Source: Vicinamibacterales bacterium
GTDB lineage: Bacteria; Acidobacteriota; Vicinamibacteria; Vicinamibacterales; 2-12-FULL-66-21
DNA length: 64,000 nucleotides
Reading direction: 5' to 3'
NCBI GenBank assembly: GCA_035250005.1
Contig: DATFFM010000184.1
Coordinates: 14,687 to 78,686, forward strand
In this document: in pieces, positions 54,158-63,766 of the stretch
Numbering within the stretch: the stretch's first letter is position 1
Layout: every line of letters starts with the position of its first letter
Notes under the pieces: model-generated
The model's input: the letters and a program-made list of their open reading frames with translations, nothing else
The model's database searches: none
What the model was told of the DNA's origin: nothing
Position numbers and translations under genes: made by a program

Positions 54158-56386
54158 GTGATCAGCCACTCCGTCCGTCTGCTCGTTCTGCTCTTCAGCT
54201 TCCTCTTTCTCCCGGCCTCGACTTACGCGGCCTCGTTGACCGCGCGGGTGGTCGATCCCGATGGACGCGCGGTGCCGGGCGCCACCGTCATCCTGATCGG
54301 CGACGGTCAGCCGCTTCGCACCGCGGTCACCAACATCCGCGGCGAGTTCACGATCGAGGCGCCCGACACCGGCCGGTTCGACCTGCGCGTCGCGCTGGCC
54401 GGCTTCCGCGGCGAGGTGTCGGTCGAGGCGCAGCCGCAGCCGCGCGACCTCGGTGACATCCGCCTGACGATCAGTGCGGTCGCCGAATCCGTTCTCGTCT
54501 CGGCCGCGCAGGTCGAGATTCCTCTTTCGAGGGCCTCGTCGACCGTCACCGTCATTACCGGCGCGCAGCTGGAGGCGCGGCAGATCCACTCCCTTGCCGA
54601 CGCGCTCCGGACCGTGCCCGGCCTCGCCGTGTCGGCAACCGGCGGACCGGGCGCGCTCACAGGCGTGTTCCCCCGCGGAGGCGAGTCGAACTTCACGCTC
54701 GTATTCGTGGACGATGTGCCGGTCACGGCGTTCGGCGGCGAGTTCAACTTCGCGCATCTGTCGACCGAGAATGTGGATCGCGTCGAGATCGTTCGCGGTC
54801 CGCAGAGCGCGCTCTTCGGATCGAATGCGATCGGCGCCGTCGTCCGGGTCGTGACCCGGAAGGGTGGATCGCCGGCGGTCGCCGGCGGTGTCGAAGCGGG
54901 GGGATACGGCGGCTTTCGCGCTCACGCCGCCACGTCCGGGTCCGCCCGGCGGCTCGAGTGGGGCGCCTCGGGCGAGCGGCTGACGAGCGACGGGTACAAC
55001 GGCCGCCGGACCGCGGCCGGGCTCATGGTGGAAAACGACGACTACGCACGCGCCTCTGGTGCGGTCTCGGCCGGGTGGCGTGATGATCGCTTCACGCTGC
55101 GCGCGCAGCTGCGGCATGCTACCGATGAGCGCGGTACGCCGGGCCCCTTCGGCTCGAATCCGGTCGGCGCCTACACGGCCATCGACACGGTGTCACGCGG
55201 CCAGAACGAACAGACGATCGCCTCGCTTTCGGCCGCGGTCCCATTCGGCGGCCGGGTGCGTGCATTCCTGCAGACCGGTTATCACCGGCTCGAAAGCGAT
55301 TTCGCGAGCCCGTTCGGCGAGTCTGAATCGAGCTCGAGGCGCTGGTCGGGCCGCGCACAAGTGGACTTCCCCGCCGGGCGCGCAGTCGAGATGTCGGCCG
55401 GCGCCGAACTGCAGCGCGAGCGCGCCGGCAGTACGTTCATCACCGGCGGGCCGGCGTTCGAACCCGTGCCCGTGAAACGGACGATTGCCGGGTACTTCGC
55501 CGAAGCGCGCTGGACGGCTGCGCAGCGGGTCTTCGTGACCGGCGGATTGCGCGTGGACGACATCCGGCGCGAGGCGTTCGATGCGCTTCCCGATGACGAC
55601 GTCGTGTCGGTCAATCCGAGGGCGGCGATCGCCTGGGTGGTCAATGACGACGCGTCGACGCCCACCAGGCTGCGGGCGTCGGCCGCGACCGGGATCCGGC
55701 CGCCGGGAGCGTTTGAGATCGCGTTCACCGACAATCCCTCCCTGAAGCCGGAGCGCAGCCGCAGCGCCGAAGCGGGCATCGAGCAGACGTTTGCGGGCGG
55801 GCGGGCGGCGATCGAAGCGGTCGCGTTCGTCAATCAGTACGACGACCTGATCGTTGCCGTCGGATCGTTCCGTGAGTCGAGCCGGTACACGACCGACAAC
55901 ATCTCCAACGCGCGCGCGCGCGGACTGGAGCTCGGGCTGAGCGCAGGCCGGCGGCTGGAGGCACGGGCCCCGATCGACCTCCGCGGACGAATCGCCTACA
56001 CGTGGCTCGACTCCGAGGTCCTGGCGGTGGACCGCGACGACGAGGCGCCGCCGCCGTTCACCGTCGGCCAGCCGCTGCTCCGCCGTCCGCGGCACCAGGT
56101 CTCCGCCGAGGTCACCGCAACGTCCGGTCCGCTCAGCGCCTTCGTCAGCGGCGGCGGGCGGAGCCGGGTGCTCGACGTCGAGCCGTCCACGGGGACCTTC
56201 GGCGGGCTCCACGACGCCAGCGGCTTCAGCGTCTGGAACGCCGGCGCGTCGTGGCGCATCCGCAGAATCGGCGAGCTGTACGCGCGGGTCGAGAACCTGC
56301 TCGACAAGAGCTACGAAGAAGCGCTCGGCTTCCCGGCGCTCGGGCGCCGCGCGACAGTGGGGCTGCGGGTTGCTGCAGGCCGCTGA
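54158..56386 (+). CDS. TonB-dependent receptor (BtuB-like) with N-terminal CarboxypepD_reg domain
   Basis: GTG at 54158 with AAAGGAG upstream. Signal peptide. Plug domain (TVITGAQLEARQIHSLADALRTVPGLAV, RVEIVRGPQSALFGSNA). C-terminal barrel. Downstream of the B12 riboswitch. Confidence 0.85.
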   Translation: MISHSVRLLVLLFSFLFLPASTYAASLTARVVDPDGRAVPGATVILIGDGQPLRTAVTNIRGEFTIEAPDTGRFDLRVALAGFRGEVSVEAQPQPRDLGDIRLTISAVAESVLVSAAQVEIPLSRASSTVTVITGAQLEARQIHSLADALRTVPGLAVSATGGPGALTGVFPRGGESNFTLVFVDDVPVTAFGGEFNFAHLSTENVDRVEIVRGPQSALFGSNAIGAVVRVVTRKGGSPAVAGGVEAGGYGGFRAHAATSGSARRLEWGASGERLTSDGYNGRRTAAGLMVENDDYARASGAVSAGWRDDRFTLRAQLRHATDERGTPGPFGSNPVGAYTAIDTVSRGQNEQTIASLSAAVPFGGRVRAFLQTGYHRLESDFASPFGESESSSRRWSGRAQVDFPAGRAVEMSAGAELQRERAGSTFITGGPAFEPVPVKRTIAGYFAEARWTAAQRVFVTGGLRVDDIRREAFDALPDDDVVSVNPRAAIAWVVNDDASTPTRLRASAATGIRPPGAFEIAFTDNPSLKPERSRSAEAGIEQTFAGGRAAIEAVAFVNQYDDLIVAVGSFRESSRYTTDNISNARARGLELGLSAGRRLEARAPIDLRGRIAYTWLDSEVLAVDRDDEAPPPFTVGQPLLRRPRHQVSAEVTATSGPLSAFVSGGGRSRVLDVEPSTGTFGGLHDASGFSVWNAGASWRIRRIGELYARVENLLDKSYEEALGFPALGRRATVGLRVAAGR

Positions 56387-57194
56387 GGTCACGTTCGGCT
56401 ACACCGAGGCGCCGGTCGTGCGCGACGTGTCGCTGGAGGTGCCGGCGGGCGGCTTCGTGGGCATCATCGGTCCGAACGGCTCGGGCAAGACGACGCTGCT
56501 GCGGTTGCTCGCCGGCACGCGAAAGCCGCAGCGGGGCGCCATCTTTCTCGACGGCGCCCCGCTCGGCTCCATCCGGCGCGCAGAGGTAGCGCGCCGGATG
56601 GCGGTCGTGCCGCAGGAGACGCACCTCGCATTCGACTACAGCGTGCTCGAAGTGGTGCTGATGGGCCGTTATCCGCACCTCGGCGCCTTCGAGATCGAGG
56701 GCCCGCGCGACATCGAGCTGGCGCGGACGGCGCTGGCGGCGACCGGAACCGGTGCGCTCGAGGCGCGCGACTTCACCACGCTCAGCGGCGGTGAGAAGCA
56801 GCGCGTGATCATCGCCGCCGCGCTGGCGCAGATCTCCGCTTCCGAGAGGACTGCCGAGCAGCCGGCGATCCTGCTCCTCGACGAACCGACCGCTGCGCTG
56901 GACCTCAAGTACCAGCTGGAGACCGCATCGCTGCTGCGGACGCTCCACCACGCACACGCGCTGTCGGTCGTCGTGTCTACTCACGACCTGAATTTCGCCG
57001 CCTCCCTCTGCACGACCCTCGTGCTGCTCAGAGGCGGACAGGTGCTCGCCGCCGGCCCGGTCACCGACGTCCTGACGCCTGCGAGAATCCGTGACCTGTA
57101 CGGCGTCGACGCAGAGGTCACGCGCCACCCCCGGACCGGTCACCTGACGGTCGTGGCGCTGAGCGCTTGCGGCCCGCACGAGGCGACGGAGTGA
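56370..57194 (+). CDS. ABC ATP-binding protein (FecE/BtuD-type)
   Basis: Walker A GPNGSGKTT, LSGGEKQR, LLLDEPTAALD. The TTG start overlaps the receptor 3' end. Confidence 0.9.
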   Translation: MLQAAEVTFGYTEAPVVRDVSLEVPAGGFVGIIGPNGSGKTTLLRLLAGTRKPQRGAIFLDGAPLGSIRRAEVARRMAVVPQETHLAFDYSVLEVVLMGRYPHLGAFEIEGPRDIELARTALAATGTGALEARDFTTLSGGEKQRVIIAAALAQISASERTAEQPAILLLDEPTAALDLKYQLETASLLRTLHHAHALSVVVSTHDLNFAASLCTTLVLLRGGQVLAAGPVTDVLTPARIRDLYGVDAEVTRHPRTGHLTVVALSACGPHEATE

Positions 57195-58216
57195 CGCAGC
57201 GCGACGCGAATGCCCGCACCGTGGGCCGGCGGCTGACGCTGACGCTGGTGATCTTCGGTGGTCTTACGCTGGCCGCGATCCTCGGAGCGCCGCTGATCGG
57301 GTCCACGCCGATCAGCCTGACCCGCGTCTTCGATCGATCGATCCCCTTCGCCGACAATACGGACGCGCAGATCTTCTTCGTCGCCCGCCTGCCGCGCACC
57401 CTGGCCGGCGCACTGGTCGGCGCGATGCTGGCGAGCGCCGGCGTCGTGTTCCAGGGGCTGCTTCGCAACCCTCTGGCGACGCCGTTCACGCTGGGCGTGT
57501 CGGCGGGAGCAGCGCTCGGCGCGATGCTCGCGATCACGTTCGGATGGTCGCTGGCCTGGCTGGGAGCTCCGGCGGCACCGCTGGCGAGCTTCGCCGGATC
57601 GCTGATGGCGGTCGCGATCGTCTACGCGCTGGCGACCGCACGGCACCACGGGCTCTCGACCAACGTGCTGCTGCTCGCCGGCGTCACGATGAACGCGTTC
57701 TTTTCGGCGCTCATCCTGTTCGTCCAGTACTTCGCGGATTTCTCGGAAACCTTCCGGATCCTCCGGTGGCTGATGGGAGACCTCGACATCAGCAGCTACC
57801 AGCCGCTCGTGACCGCGCTGCCGCTGGTCGCCATATCCTTTGCCGTGTTCGCATGGCTCGCCCGGCCGCTCAACCTGCTGAACCTCGGCGCCGATGCCGC
57901 CGAAGCCCGCGGGCTCGACGTCCTGCGCGCGCAGCGGGCGGCGTTTCTCAGCGCGTCGCTGGCGACCGGCGCCGCGGTATCGGTCGGCGGGCCGGTGGGG
58001 TTCGTCGGGATCGTCGTGCCGCACCTGGTCCGCCTGCTCGTCGGCGCGGACCACCGGATCGTGCTCCCGGCGTCGGCGCTGTTCGGCGCCGCGTTCCTGA
58101 TCGGCTGCGACGCCCTCGCGCGGACCGTGATGTCGCCGCTGGAGCTTCCGGTAGGCGTGATCACGGCGCTCATCGGAGGCCCGTTCTTTCTCTGGTTGCT
58201 GGTGAGGCGGACATGA
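57191..58216 (+). CDS. FecCD/BtuC-family ABC permease
   Basis: Blocks: RLPRTLAGALVGAMLASAGVVFQGLLRNPLATPFTLGVS, and a C-terminal GVITALIGGPFFLWLL. A GTG at 57191 (GTGA overlap) or the track start at 57167 are both possible. Confidence 0.9.
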   Translation: MTQRDANARTVGRRLTLTLVIFGGLTLAAILGAPLIGSTPISLTRVFDRSIPFADNTDAQIFFVARLPRTLAGALVGAMLASAGVVFQGLLRNPLATPFTLGVSAGAALGAMLAITFGWSLAWLGAPAAPLASFAGSLMAVAIVYALATARHHGLSTNVLLLAGVTMNAFFSALILFVQYFADFSETFRILRWLMGDLDISSYQPLVTALPLVAISFAVFAWLARPLNLLNLGADAAEARGLDVLRAQRAAFLSASLATGAAVSVGGPVGFVGIVVPHLVRLLVGADHRIVLPASALFGAAFLIGCDALARTVMSPLELPVGVITALIGGPFFLWLLVRRT

Positions 58217-59088
58217 TGGCCACCAGGCATCGTCGTTTTCTCCTCTCCGTGTTTCTGGTGCTGCTCCCGTGGCTGGTGGCCGGGCCGCCACTGCGAGGGC
58301 AGGATCATCCTCGGCGCATCGTCTCCCTGATCCCGGCGGTGACCGAGATGCTGTTCGCGCTGGGTGCGGGCGATCGCGTGGTCGCGGTCAGCAGCTTCGA
58401 CAGATATCCTCCTGAAGTCGAGAAGCTGCAGCGGGTTGGGGCGCTCCTCGATCCCGACCTGGAACGGATCCTGTCGCTGCGGCCGGATCTCGTGGCGATC
58501 TACGGCAGTCAGGTGGACCTGCGCCGGCAGCTGGATCGGGCACAGGTGCCGGTGTTCGTCTACAGTCATGCCGGGCTTGCCGATGTCACGACAACGCTTC
58601 TCCAGGTCGGCGACCGTGTCGGGCAGCGCGAGCGTGCGCGGCAGCTGGCCGGCGCGATCGAGGCGGGCCTGGCAGAGACCCGGCAGCGGGTCGCGTCGAG
58701 GCCGCGCCCGCGGACGCTGGTCGTCTTCGGCCGGGAGAGCTTCACGCTGCGGGGGATCTACGCCAGCGGCGGCTACGGCTTCATCCACGACATGGTGACG
58801 GCGGCCGGCGGCGACAACATCTTCGGCGACGTGAAGCGCGAGGCCGTCCAGGCGACCACCGAGCTGATCCTCGCGCGGCGTCCCGATGTCATCCTCGAGT
58901 TGCGCGCCGATCCGCTCTCGCTTTCGGACGCGAAGAGGGAGGTCGCGACCTGGGGCCAGCTGGGATCGGTGCCCGCCGTCCGTAACAGCCGCGTCCACAT
59001 CATCCAGGATGCACGGACGGTGATCCCAGGGCCCCGCGTCGCCGAAGGGGTCGAGCTCATCGCCGGTGTCCTCCACGGGGCGCGATGA
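58213..59088 (+). CDS. periplasmic substrate-binding protein (BtuF/FhuD-like)
   Basis: Signal peptide. RIVSLIPAVTEMLFALGAGDRVVAVS...LRPDLV pattern. ATGA overlap with the permease stop. Confidence 0.85.
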   Translation: MMATRHRRFLLSVFLVLLPWLVAGPPLRGQDHPRRIVSLIPAVTEMLFALGAGDRVVAVSSFDRYPPEVEKLQRVGALLDPDLERILSLRPDLVAIYGSQVDLRRQLDRAQVPVFVYSHAGLADVTTTLLQVGDRVGQRERARQLAGAIEAGLAETRQRVASRPRPRTLVVFGRESFTLRGIYASGGYGFIHDMVTAAGGDNIFGDVKREAVQATTELILARRPDVILELRADPLSLSDAKREVATWGQLGSVPAVRNSRVHIIQDARTVIPGPRVAEGVELIAGVLHGAR

Positions 59089-59768
59089 AGGTCCTGGTCT
59101 CGTGGAGCAGCGGCAAGGACAGCGCGTGGGTGCTGCACGTGCTGCAGCGCGAGCTGCCCGGCGGCGCCGCCGCGCTGTTGACGACCGTGAGCGAGGCGCA
59201 CGACCGTGTCGCGATGCATGGCGTGCGGACGAGCGTGCTGCGGGCGCAGGCCGATGCCGCTGGCCTGCCGCTGATCACCGTCCTCCTGCCGTCGCCCTGT
59301 TCGAATGAGGTCTACGAGGACCGCATGCGCGCGGTCGTGGAGCAGGCCGTCGCGGCGGGCTTCACGCACGTGGCCTTCGGAGACCTGTTCCTCGAGGATG
59401 TCAGGAAATACCGGGAGGACCGGCTGCACGCGACCGGCCTCCAGCCACTGTTCCCCCTGTGGGGACGGCCAACGGCCGTCCTCGCGCGCGAGATGATTGC
59501 GGGCGGGCTCGAGGCCAGGGTGACCTGCGTCGACCCGCGCCTGGTCCCTGCGGATCTCGCCGGCCGCCTGTTCGACCCGAACCTGCTGGAGGCGCTGCCT
59601 CGCGGCGTGGATCCGTGCGGCGAGCGCGGGGAATTTCACACCTGCGTGGTTGCCGGCCCGATGCTGTCTCGAAGGATCGAGGTCACCCTGGGCGAGATCG
59701 TGGAGCGAGACAGCTTCGTGTTCGCCGACCTCGCGCTGCAACCGCCATTGGCTGGCATAATCCGGTGA
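59085..59768 (+). CDS. Dph6-related ATP pyrophosphatase (DUF71/MJ0570-like adenine-nucleotide alpha-hydrolase)
   Basis: MKVLVSWSSGKDS PP-loop (SGGKDS-like). AFGDLFLEDVRKYRE. GERGEFHTCV C-terminal block. ATGA overlap with the upstream stop. Confidence 0.75.
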   Translation: MKVLVSWSSGKDSAWVLHVLQRELPGGAAALLTTVSEAHDRVAMHGVRTSVLRAQADAAGLPLITVLLPSPCSNEVYEDRMRAVVEQAVAAGFTHVAFGDLFLEDVRKYREDRLHATGLQPLFPLWGRPTAVLAREMIAGGLEARVTCVDPRLVPADLAGRLFDPNLLEALPRGVDPCGERGEFHTCVVAGPMLSRRIEVTLGEIVERDSFVFADLALQPPLAGIIR

Positions 59769-59769
59769 C

Positions 59770-60309
59770 ATGTCGCGGCGCCCTGTGTATCTGCTGCCGG
59801 CGGCGCTGATCGCTGCGGCTGCGCTGTACTTTGCGAGCGGCCGCGGCGACGAGGCGCTCGTGGCCGACCTGATCGCGCAGTTCGACGACGCGAAGAAGCA
59901 GCCCGACACGGCCTTCGAGAGGGCGGACGTGACGGTTGATGGCGTCACCAAGCGCTCGATCGTCGCCCGCGGGCCGACCCGTCTGACAACCCACGTCACC
60001 GTGCCGAAACATGCCGTCTTTCGAACCTCGCTCACGCTCGACCCGGGCGTCTGGAACGAGCCTGGAGACGGCGTGCTGTTTTTCGTCGGTGTATCGGACG
60101 GCCGTTCCTTTCAGACGAGGGCCTCGGTGACGCTCGACGCGTTCGGCCGGCCGGCCGACCGGCATTGGCGCGACATCTCGGTGAATCTCGAGGAGTTCGC
60201 CGGCCTGACGATCAGCATCGTGTTGAATACCCGCGCGGGCGCTGCCGAGAACGCAACCGCACAGAACGATGTCGCCGTCTGGGGCGCGCCGATGATCGTC
60301 GCCCGATGA
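59770..60309 (+). CDS. hypothetical membrane-anchored/secreted protein
   Basis: N-terminal hydrophobic helix VYLLPAALIAAAALYFA. The start is 1 nt after the upstream stop. Confidence 0.5.
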   Translation: MSRRPVYLLPAALIAAAALYFASGRGDEALVADLIAQFDDAKKQPDTAFERADVTVDGVTKRSIVARGPTRLTTHVTVPKHAVFRTSLTLDPGVWNEPGDGVLFFVGVSDGRSFQTRASVTLDAFGRPADRHWRDISVNLEEFAGLTISIVLNTRAGAAENATAQNDVAVWGAPMIVAR

Positions 60310-62123
60310 CGGTGCCTCGGGTGCACACGGCGCGAGCCTTTACGGCAGTCGCCGTGATCGTGGCGGCGGCGGGTGCGCTGCTCGTCTACGGCGGACAGAT
60401 CGACACCGGTCTGTATTACGACGACTACCATTTTCTGCGCCCGGTGCACGAGCTCGAGCTGCGCCGCGTGTGGTTCGGCTCCTGGGACCCTACCGGCATC
60501 GAATCCCCGTTCTTCCGCCCGATCACCGCCTGGCTGTTCGCGCTGAGATTCTGGGCCTTCGGCCTGAACACACTCGCGCTGCATGCGGTCAGCATCGCCG
60601 GCCACGTTCTGTGCGCCGCGTGCGTCGGGTGGCTGCTGCGCCGGGAAGGGGCGCCGACCGGCGTCAGCCTCATGGGCGCGTGGCTCTACGCGGTTCATCC
60701 TCTCTTTCCTTATGCGCAGGTCAGCTGGCTGACGAACCAGATGCACCTGGCCGAATCCCTGGTTGTCATTCTGGCGCTGCTGACGTGGCAAAGCGTACGG
60801 GATCGCCCGGCTCGCTGGTCGGTTGCCCTTCTCCCGCTGGCAGTCACGGCCTTTCTGATCAAGGAGGATGCCGTAATGCTGCTCCCAATCCTTCTTGCTC
60901 TGACGATGCAGCGAGGCTGGCTCGTCGACTCGACGCAGTGGAAGCGCGTCGTGATGATGCTCCCCGTCGTCACGCTCGCGCTCGCAACGCTGATCGGTTT
61001 CCGGCATCAGCGGCTGGGGCAGCTGGGAGGCTACGGTGTGCCAGGCCTGGAGCAGGCGCAGGCGCAGTTCTGGAAGGGTCTCGACGCCGCGCTCCTGCTC
61101 TGGCCCACCCGCACGCCGTGGCAGGCAGTCGCCGGCCTGATCGCGATCAGCGCTCTGGCTGTCGCGCTCGCCCGGGGGAATTGGAAGGGAAATAAAGTCG
61201 TCGCGCTGATCTGGTGCGCAGCGATCGTCATTCTGTCAACCAGACTGCCTGCCCTGTTCCTGGGGATCGCATACCCGCTCATCGCCTGGCAGGGGATCGC
61301 CGGCGGTGTCGTCATCGCCGCCACCCTTACGGGTGCCGGCGTGGCGGCGACACGACAGCTCCACCAGCCAGTGCTGATCATGATGACCGGGCTGGTCATC
61401 ACGCTCGGCTTCAACCTGCCGTTCGCTCTCGTGTCCAAGCGCGAGCAGTATCACCTCGTTGCGCTCGGCGCCGTCCTGCTGCTGGCGGGCAGCGTCGATG
61501 CTCTTCGAACGGCCGCGGGCAGGGTGTCGCGATACGTGCTCCCGGTCGCAGTGCTGGCGTCGCTGCCATTGGCACTGCTGGCGCGAACTCAGGCGGCGGC
61601 TTTCCAGCCGTGCGCGCCGGGCGTGTTGAGCACCGACGGCGAAGCATCCGGCTGGTGGGCGCTCCCGGGCGAGATTCGAGCCTGGCTGCCGCAAAAGAAG
61701 CAGCGGTGCGAGGCCGGGCTTTCTCCATCCAGCATTGCGGAACTGCCTGTCGTTTCGTGGGGACTGTACGACGAGGAACGGGGAGCTGACGGGGAGCCGT
61801 ACCGGTGGACCAGCGACCGGGTCGTTCTGCTGCTGCGGCCTGACGCCCGGTCGGTGGCATTCGCGTTCCGCAGCCCCGATGCGAGCCGGTCCGCGCCTGT
61901 TCGCATCAGGGTGCGTGGCGGGTCGAGGACCGCCGAGCTCACGCTGGATTCGATCGACTGGCAGTACATGACGGTCCGGCTGTCCGGCGGCGCGCTCACG
62001 ACGCTGCGGTCGGCGCATCGGGTGGACGTCAGCATTACCCCCTGGTTCGTGCCGGCCGTCCGAGACCCCCGCAACGCCGACCTGCGGAGGTTAGGCGTCC
62101 ACTTCAGGATGGTCGAGAACTGA
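60306..62123 (+). CDS. polytopic GT-C-like membrane glycosyltransferase candidate
   Basis: More than 10 TM helices. Acidic first-loop motif YYDDYHF, as in GT-C (PMT/ArnT-like) enzymes. Soluble C-terminal domain. ATGA overlap with the upstream stop. Confidence 0.55.
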   Translation: MTVPRVHTARAFTAVAVIVAAAGALLVYGGQIDTGLYYDDYHFLRPVHELELRRVWFGSWDPTGIESPFFRPITAWLFALRFWAFGLNTLALHAVSIAGHVLCAACVGWLLRREGAPTGVSLMGAWLYAVHPLFPYAQVSWLTNQMHLAESLVVILALLTWQSVRDRPARWSVALLPLAVTAFLIKEDAVMLLPILLALTMQRGWLVDSTQWKRVVMMLPVVTLALATLIGFRHQRLGQLGGYGVPGLEQAQAQFWKGLDAALLLWPTRTPWQAVAGLIAISALAVALARGNWKGNKVVALIWCAAIVILSTRLPALFLGIAYPLIAWQGIAGGVVIAATLTGAGVAATRQLHQPVLIMMTGLVITLGFNLPFALVSKREQYHLVALGAVLLLAGSVDALRTAAGRVSRYVLPVAVLASLPLALLARTQAAAFQPCAPGVLSTDGEASGWWALPGEIRAWLPQKKQRCEAGLSPSSIAELPVVSWGLYDEERGADGEPYRWTSDRVVLLLRPDARSVAFAFRSPDASRSAPVRIRVRGGSRTAELTLDSIDWQYMTVRLSGGALTTLRSAHRVDVSITPWFVPAVRDPRNADLRRLGVHFRMVEN

Positions 62124-62128
62124 GGTTT

Positions 62129-62968
62129 TCAGGTCGCGAACACGACCGGCACGGGCTGCGGGATCAGCCCCTTGTCGAACGCCTCGGCCATCAGCCGCTC
62201 GACCGCCGCGCGGCCGCGCTCCCCGTAGCCCAGCGTCAGGTCGTTCACATACATCCCGACGAACTTGTCGGTCTTGGCGCGATCCAGCCCGCGTCCGAAC
62301 TGCTCCGCGTAGTCAACCGCGGCCTGCCGGTGCGACAGCGCGTACGCAATGCTGTCGTGCAGCATCTTCGACACTTTGTGGATCATGTCGGGACCGAGAT
62401 CGCGCCGGATGATGTTCCCGCCCAGCGGCAGCGGGAGCCCGCCGGTGCGCTCGCTCCACCACTCGCCGAGGTCCACGATCTTGCGGAGCCCTTCGTCCTG
62501 GTACGTCAGCTGCCCTTCGTGGATCAGGAGGCCGGCGTCCGCTTTGCCGTCGATGACGGCCTGCTGGATCTGGTCGAACGGCACGACGACATACTCGAAG
62601 TCAGGCTCGTAGAGACGGAGCGTGAGGTAGGCCGTCGTCAACGTGCCCGGAATTGCGATTCGGCTGCCCTTGACCTCTCGCGGGCCGTCGCCGGTCCGCG
62701 AGACGACGATCGGCCCGTAGTTGTCCCCCATGCTCGCGCCGTGCGCGAGCAGCGCGTACTTGTCGGCCAGGTGGGCGTAGGCATGAAACGAAACCGCGGT
62801 GACCTCGTACGTGCCGTCGAACGCGGCGCGGTTCAGCGTTTCGATGTCGGCGAGCACCTGGTCCACGACGATGCCGCCGGTGTCGACGTTGTGGCTCGCC
62901 AGCCCATAGAACATGAACGCGTCGTCGGAGTCGGGGCTGTGCGCAACGGTGATGCGGATGTCGGACAT
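62129..62968 (-). CDS. MqnA/MqnD-family menaquinone (futalosine pathway) biosynthesis protein
   Basis: Periplasmic-binding-protein-like fold signature ITVAHSPDSDDAFMFYGL...TAVSFHAYAHL...LLIHEGQLTY. Confidence 0.75.
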   Translation of the reverse strand: MSDIRITVAHSPDSDDAFMFYGLASHNVDTGGIVVDQVLADIETLNRAAFDGTYEVTAVSFHAYAHLADKYALLAHGASMGDNYGPIVVSRTGDGPREVKGSRIAIPGTLTTAYLTLRLYEPDFEYVVVPFDQIQQAVIDGKADAGLLIHEGQLTYQDEGLRKIVDLGEWWSERTGGLPLPLGGNIIRRDLGPDMIHKVSKMLHDSIAYALSHRQAAVDYAEQFGRGLDRAKTDKFVGMYVNDLTLGYGERGRAAVERLMAEAFDKGLIPQPVPVVFAT

Positions 62969-63001
62969 GAGAAATCGGCTCGCTTGGAAAAAGCCATCCT
63001 A

Positions 63002-63766
63002 TCAGAGCGCCGCGAGAAAACGCTCCACGCCGACGGGCCCATCCAGCCGGGTGCTCGCGCTCACACGGTCGGACGCGGCGATCGGCAGGCCGGAGGCTTC
63101 CACCGCGGCGAACGCATCCTGATCGGTGACGTCGTCGCCGATATAGACCACGAACGCGTCGCCGTGCCGCGCTTTCACGCGGTCCACGATCCAGGCGACG
63201 GCGTCCCCCTTGTTCCAGTCGATGTTCGGGAGCAGTTCGAGCACATACGATCCGCGCATCACGCGGAGGCGCCCGTTCTCGACGAAGGGCGCCACGACAT
63301 CGGCAAACCGCTCGACGCCCGCCCGCTGGCCGTCGGTGTCGGCCTCCCTGAAGTGCAGAACGACCGAGGCCCCTTTGTTTTCGACGAACACGCCCCTCAG
63401 ACCGGCTGCGGCCTCACGCAGCTTTGCGGTGACCTGCGCGATGTCGCCCGCCGCCGCATCCAGGTCGGGATGCACGTACCGCTCGCCCAGACCCTCGATC
63501 TCGAGGCCGTGCAGGCCGGCCACGATGATGCCGTCGAGCGCGCAGCGGGCCCGGACGTCTTCGAGCCGGCGCCCGCTGACGATCCCGATCGTTGCGCGCG
63601 GCTGCAGCTGCCGCAGGATGGCTCGCCGCGAGTCCGGGAGCTGCACCGCCTGCGGGTCAGCCTGGAACTCGACCAGGGTGCCGTCGAAATCCAGCAGCAG
63701 CAGGAGGTGCTTGCCTCGGGCGCGCCGGCGCACCTCCTCGGACAACGGCCGTTCAGTATCGTGCAT
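63002..63766 (-). CDS. otsB: trehalose-phosphatase (HAD superfamily)
   Basis: LLLLDFDGTLV motif I. GIVSGR motif II. YIGDDVTDQDAF motif III/IV. Confidence 0.85.
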   Translation of the reverse strand: MHDTERPLSEEVRRRARGKHLLLLLDFDGTLVEFQADPQAVQLPDSRRAILRQLQPRATIGIVSGRRLEDVRARCALDGIIVAGLHGLEIEGLGERYVHPDLDAAAGDIAQVTAKLREAAAGLRGVFVENKGASVVLHFREADTDGQRAGVERFADVVAPFVENGRLRVMRGSYVLELLPNIDWNKGDAVAWIVDRVKARHGDAFVVYIGDDVTDQDAFAAVEASGLPIAASDRVSASTRLDGPVGVERFLAAL

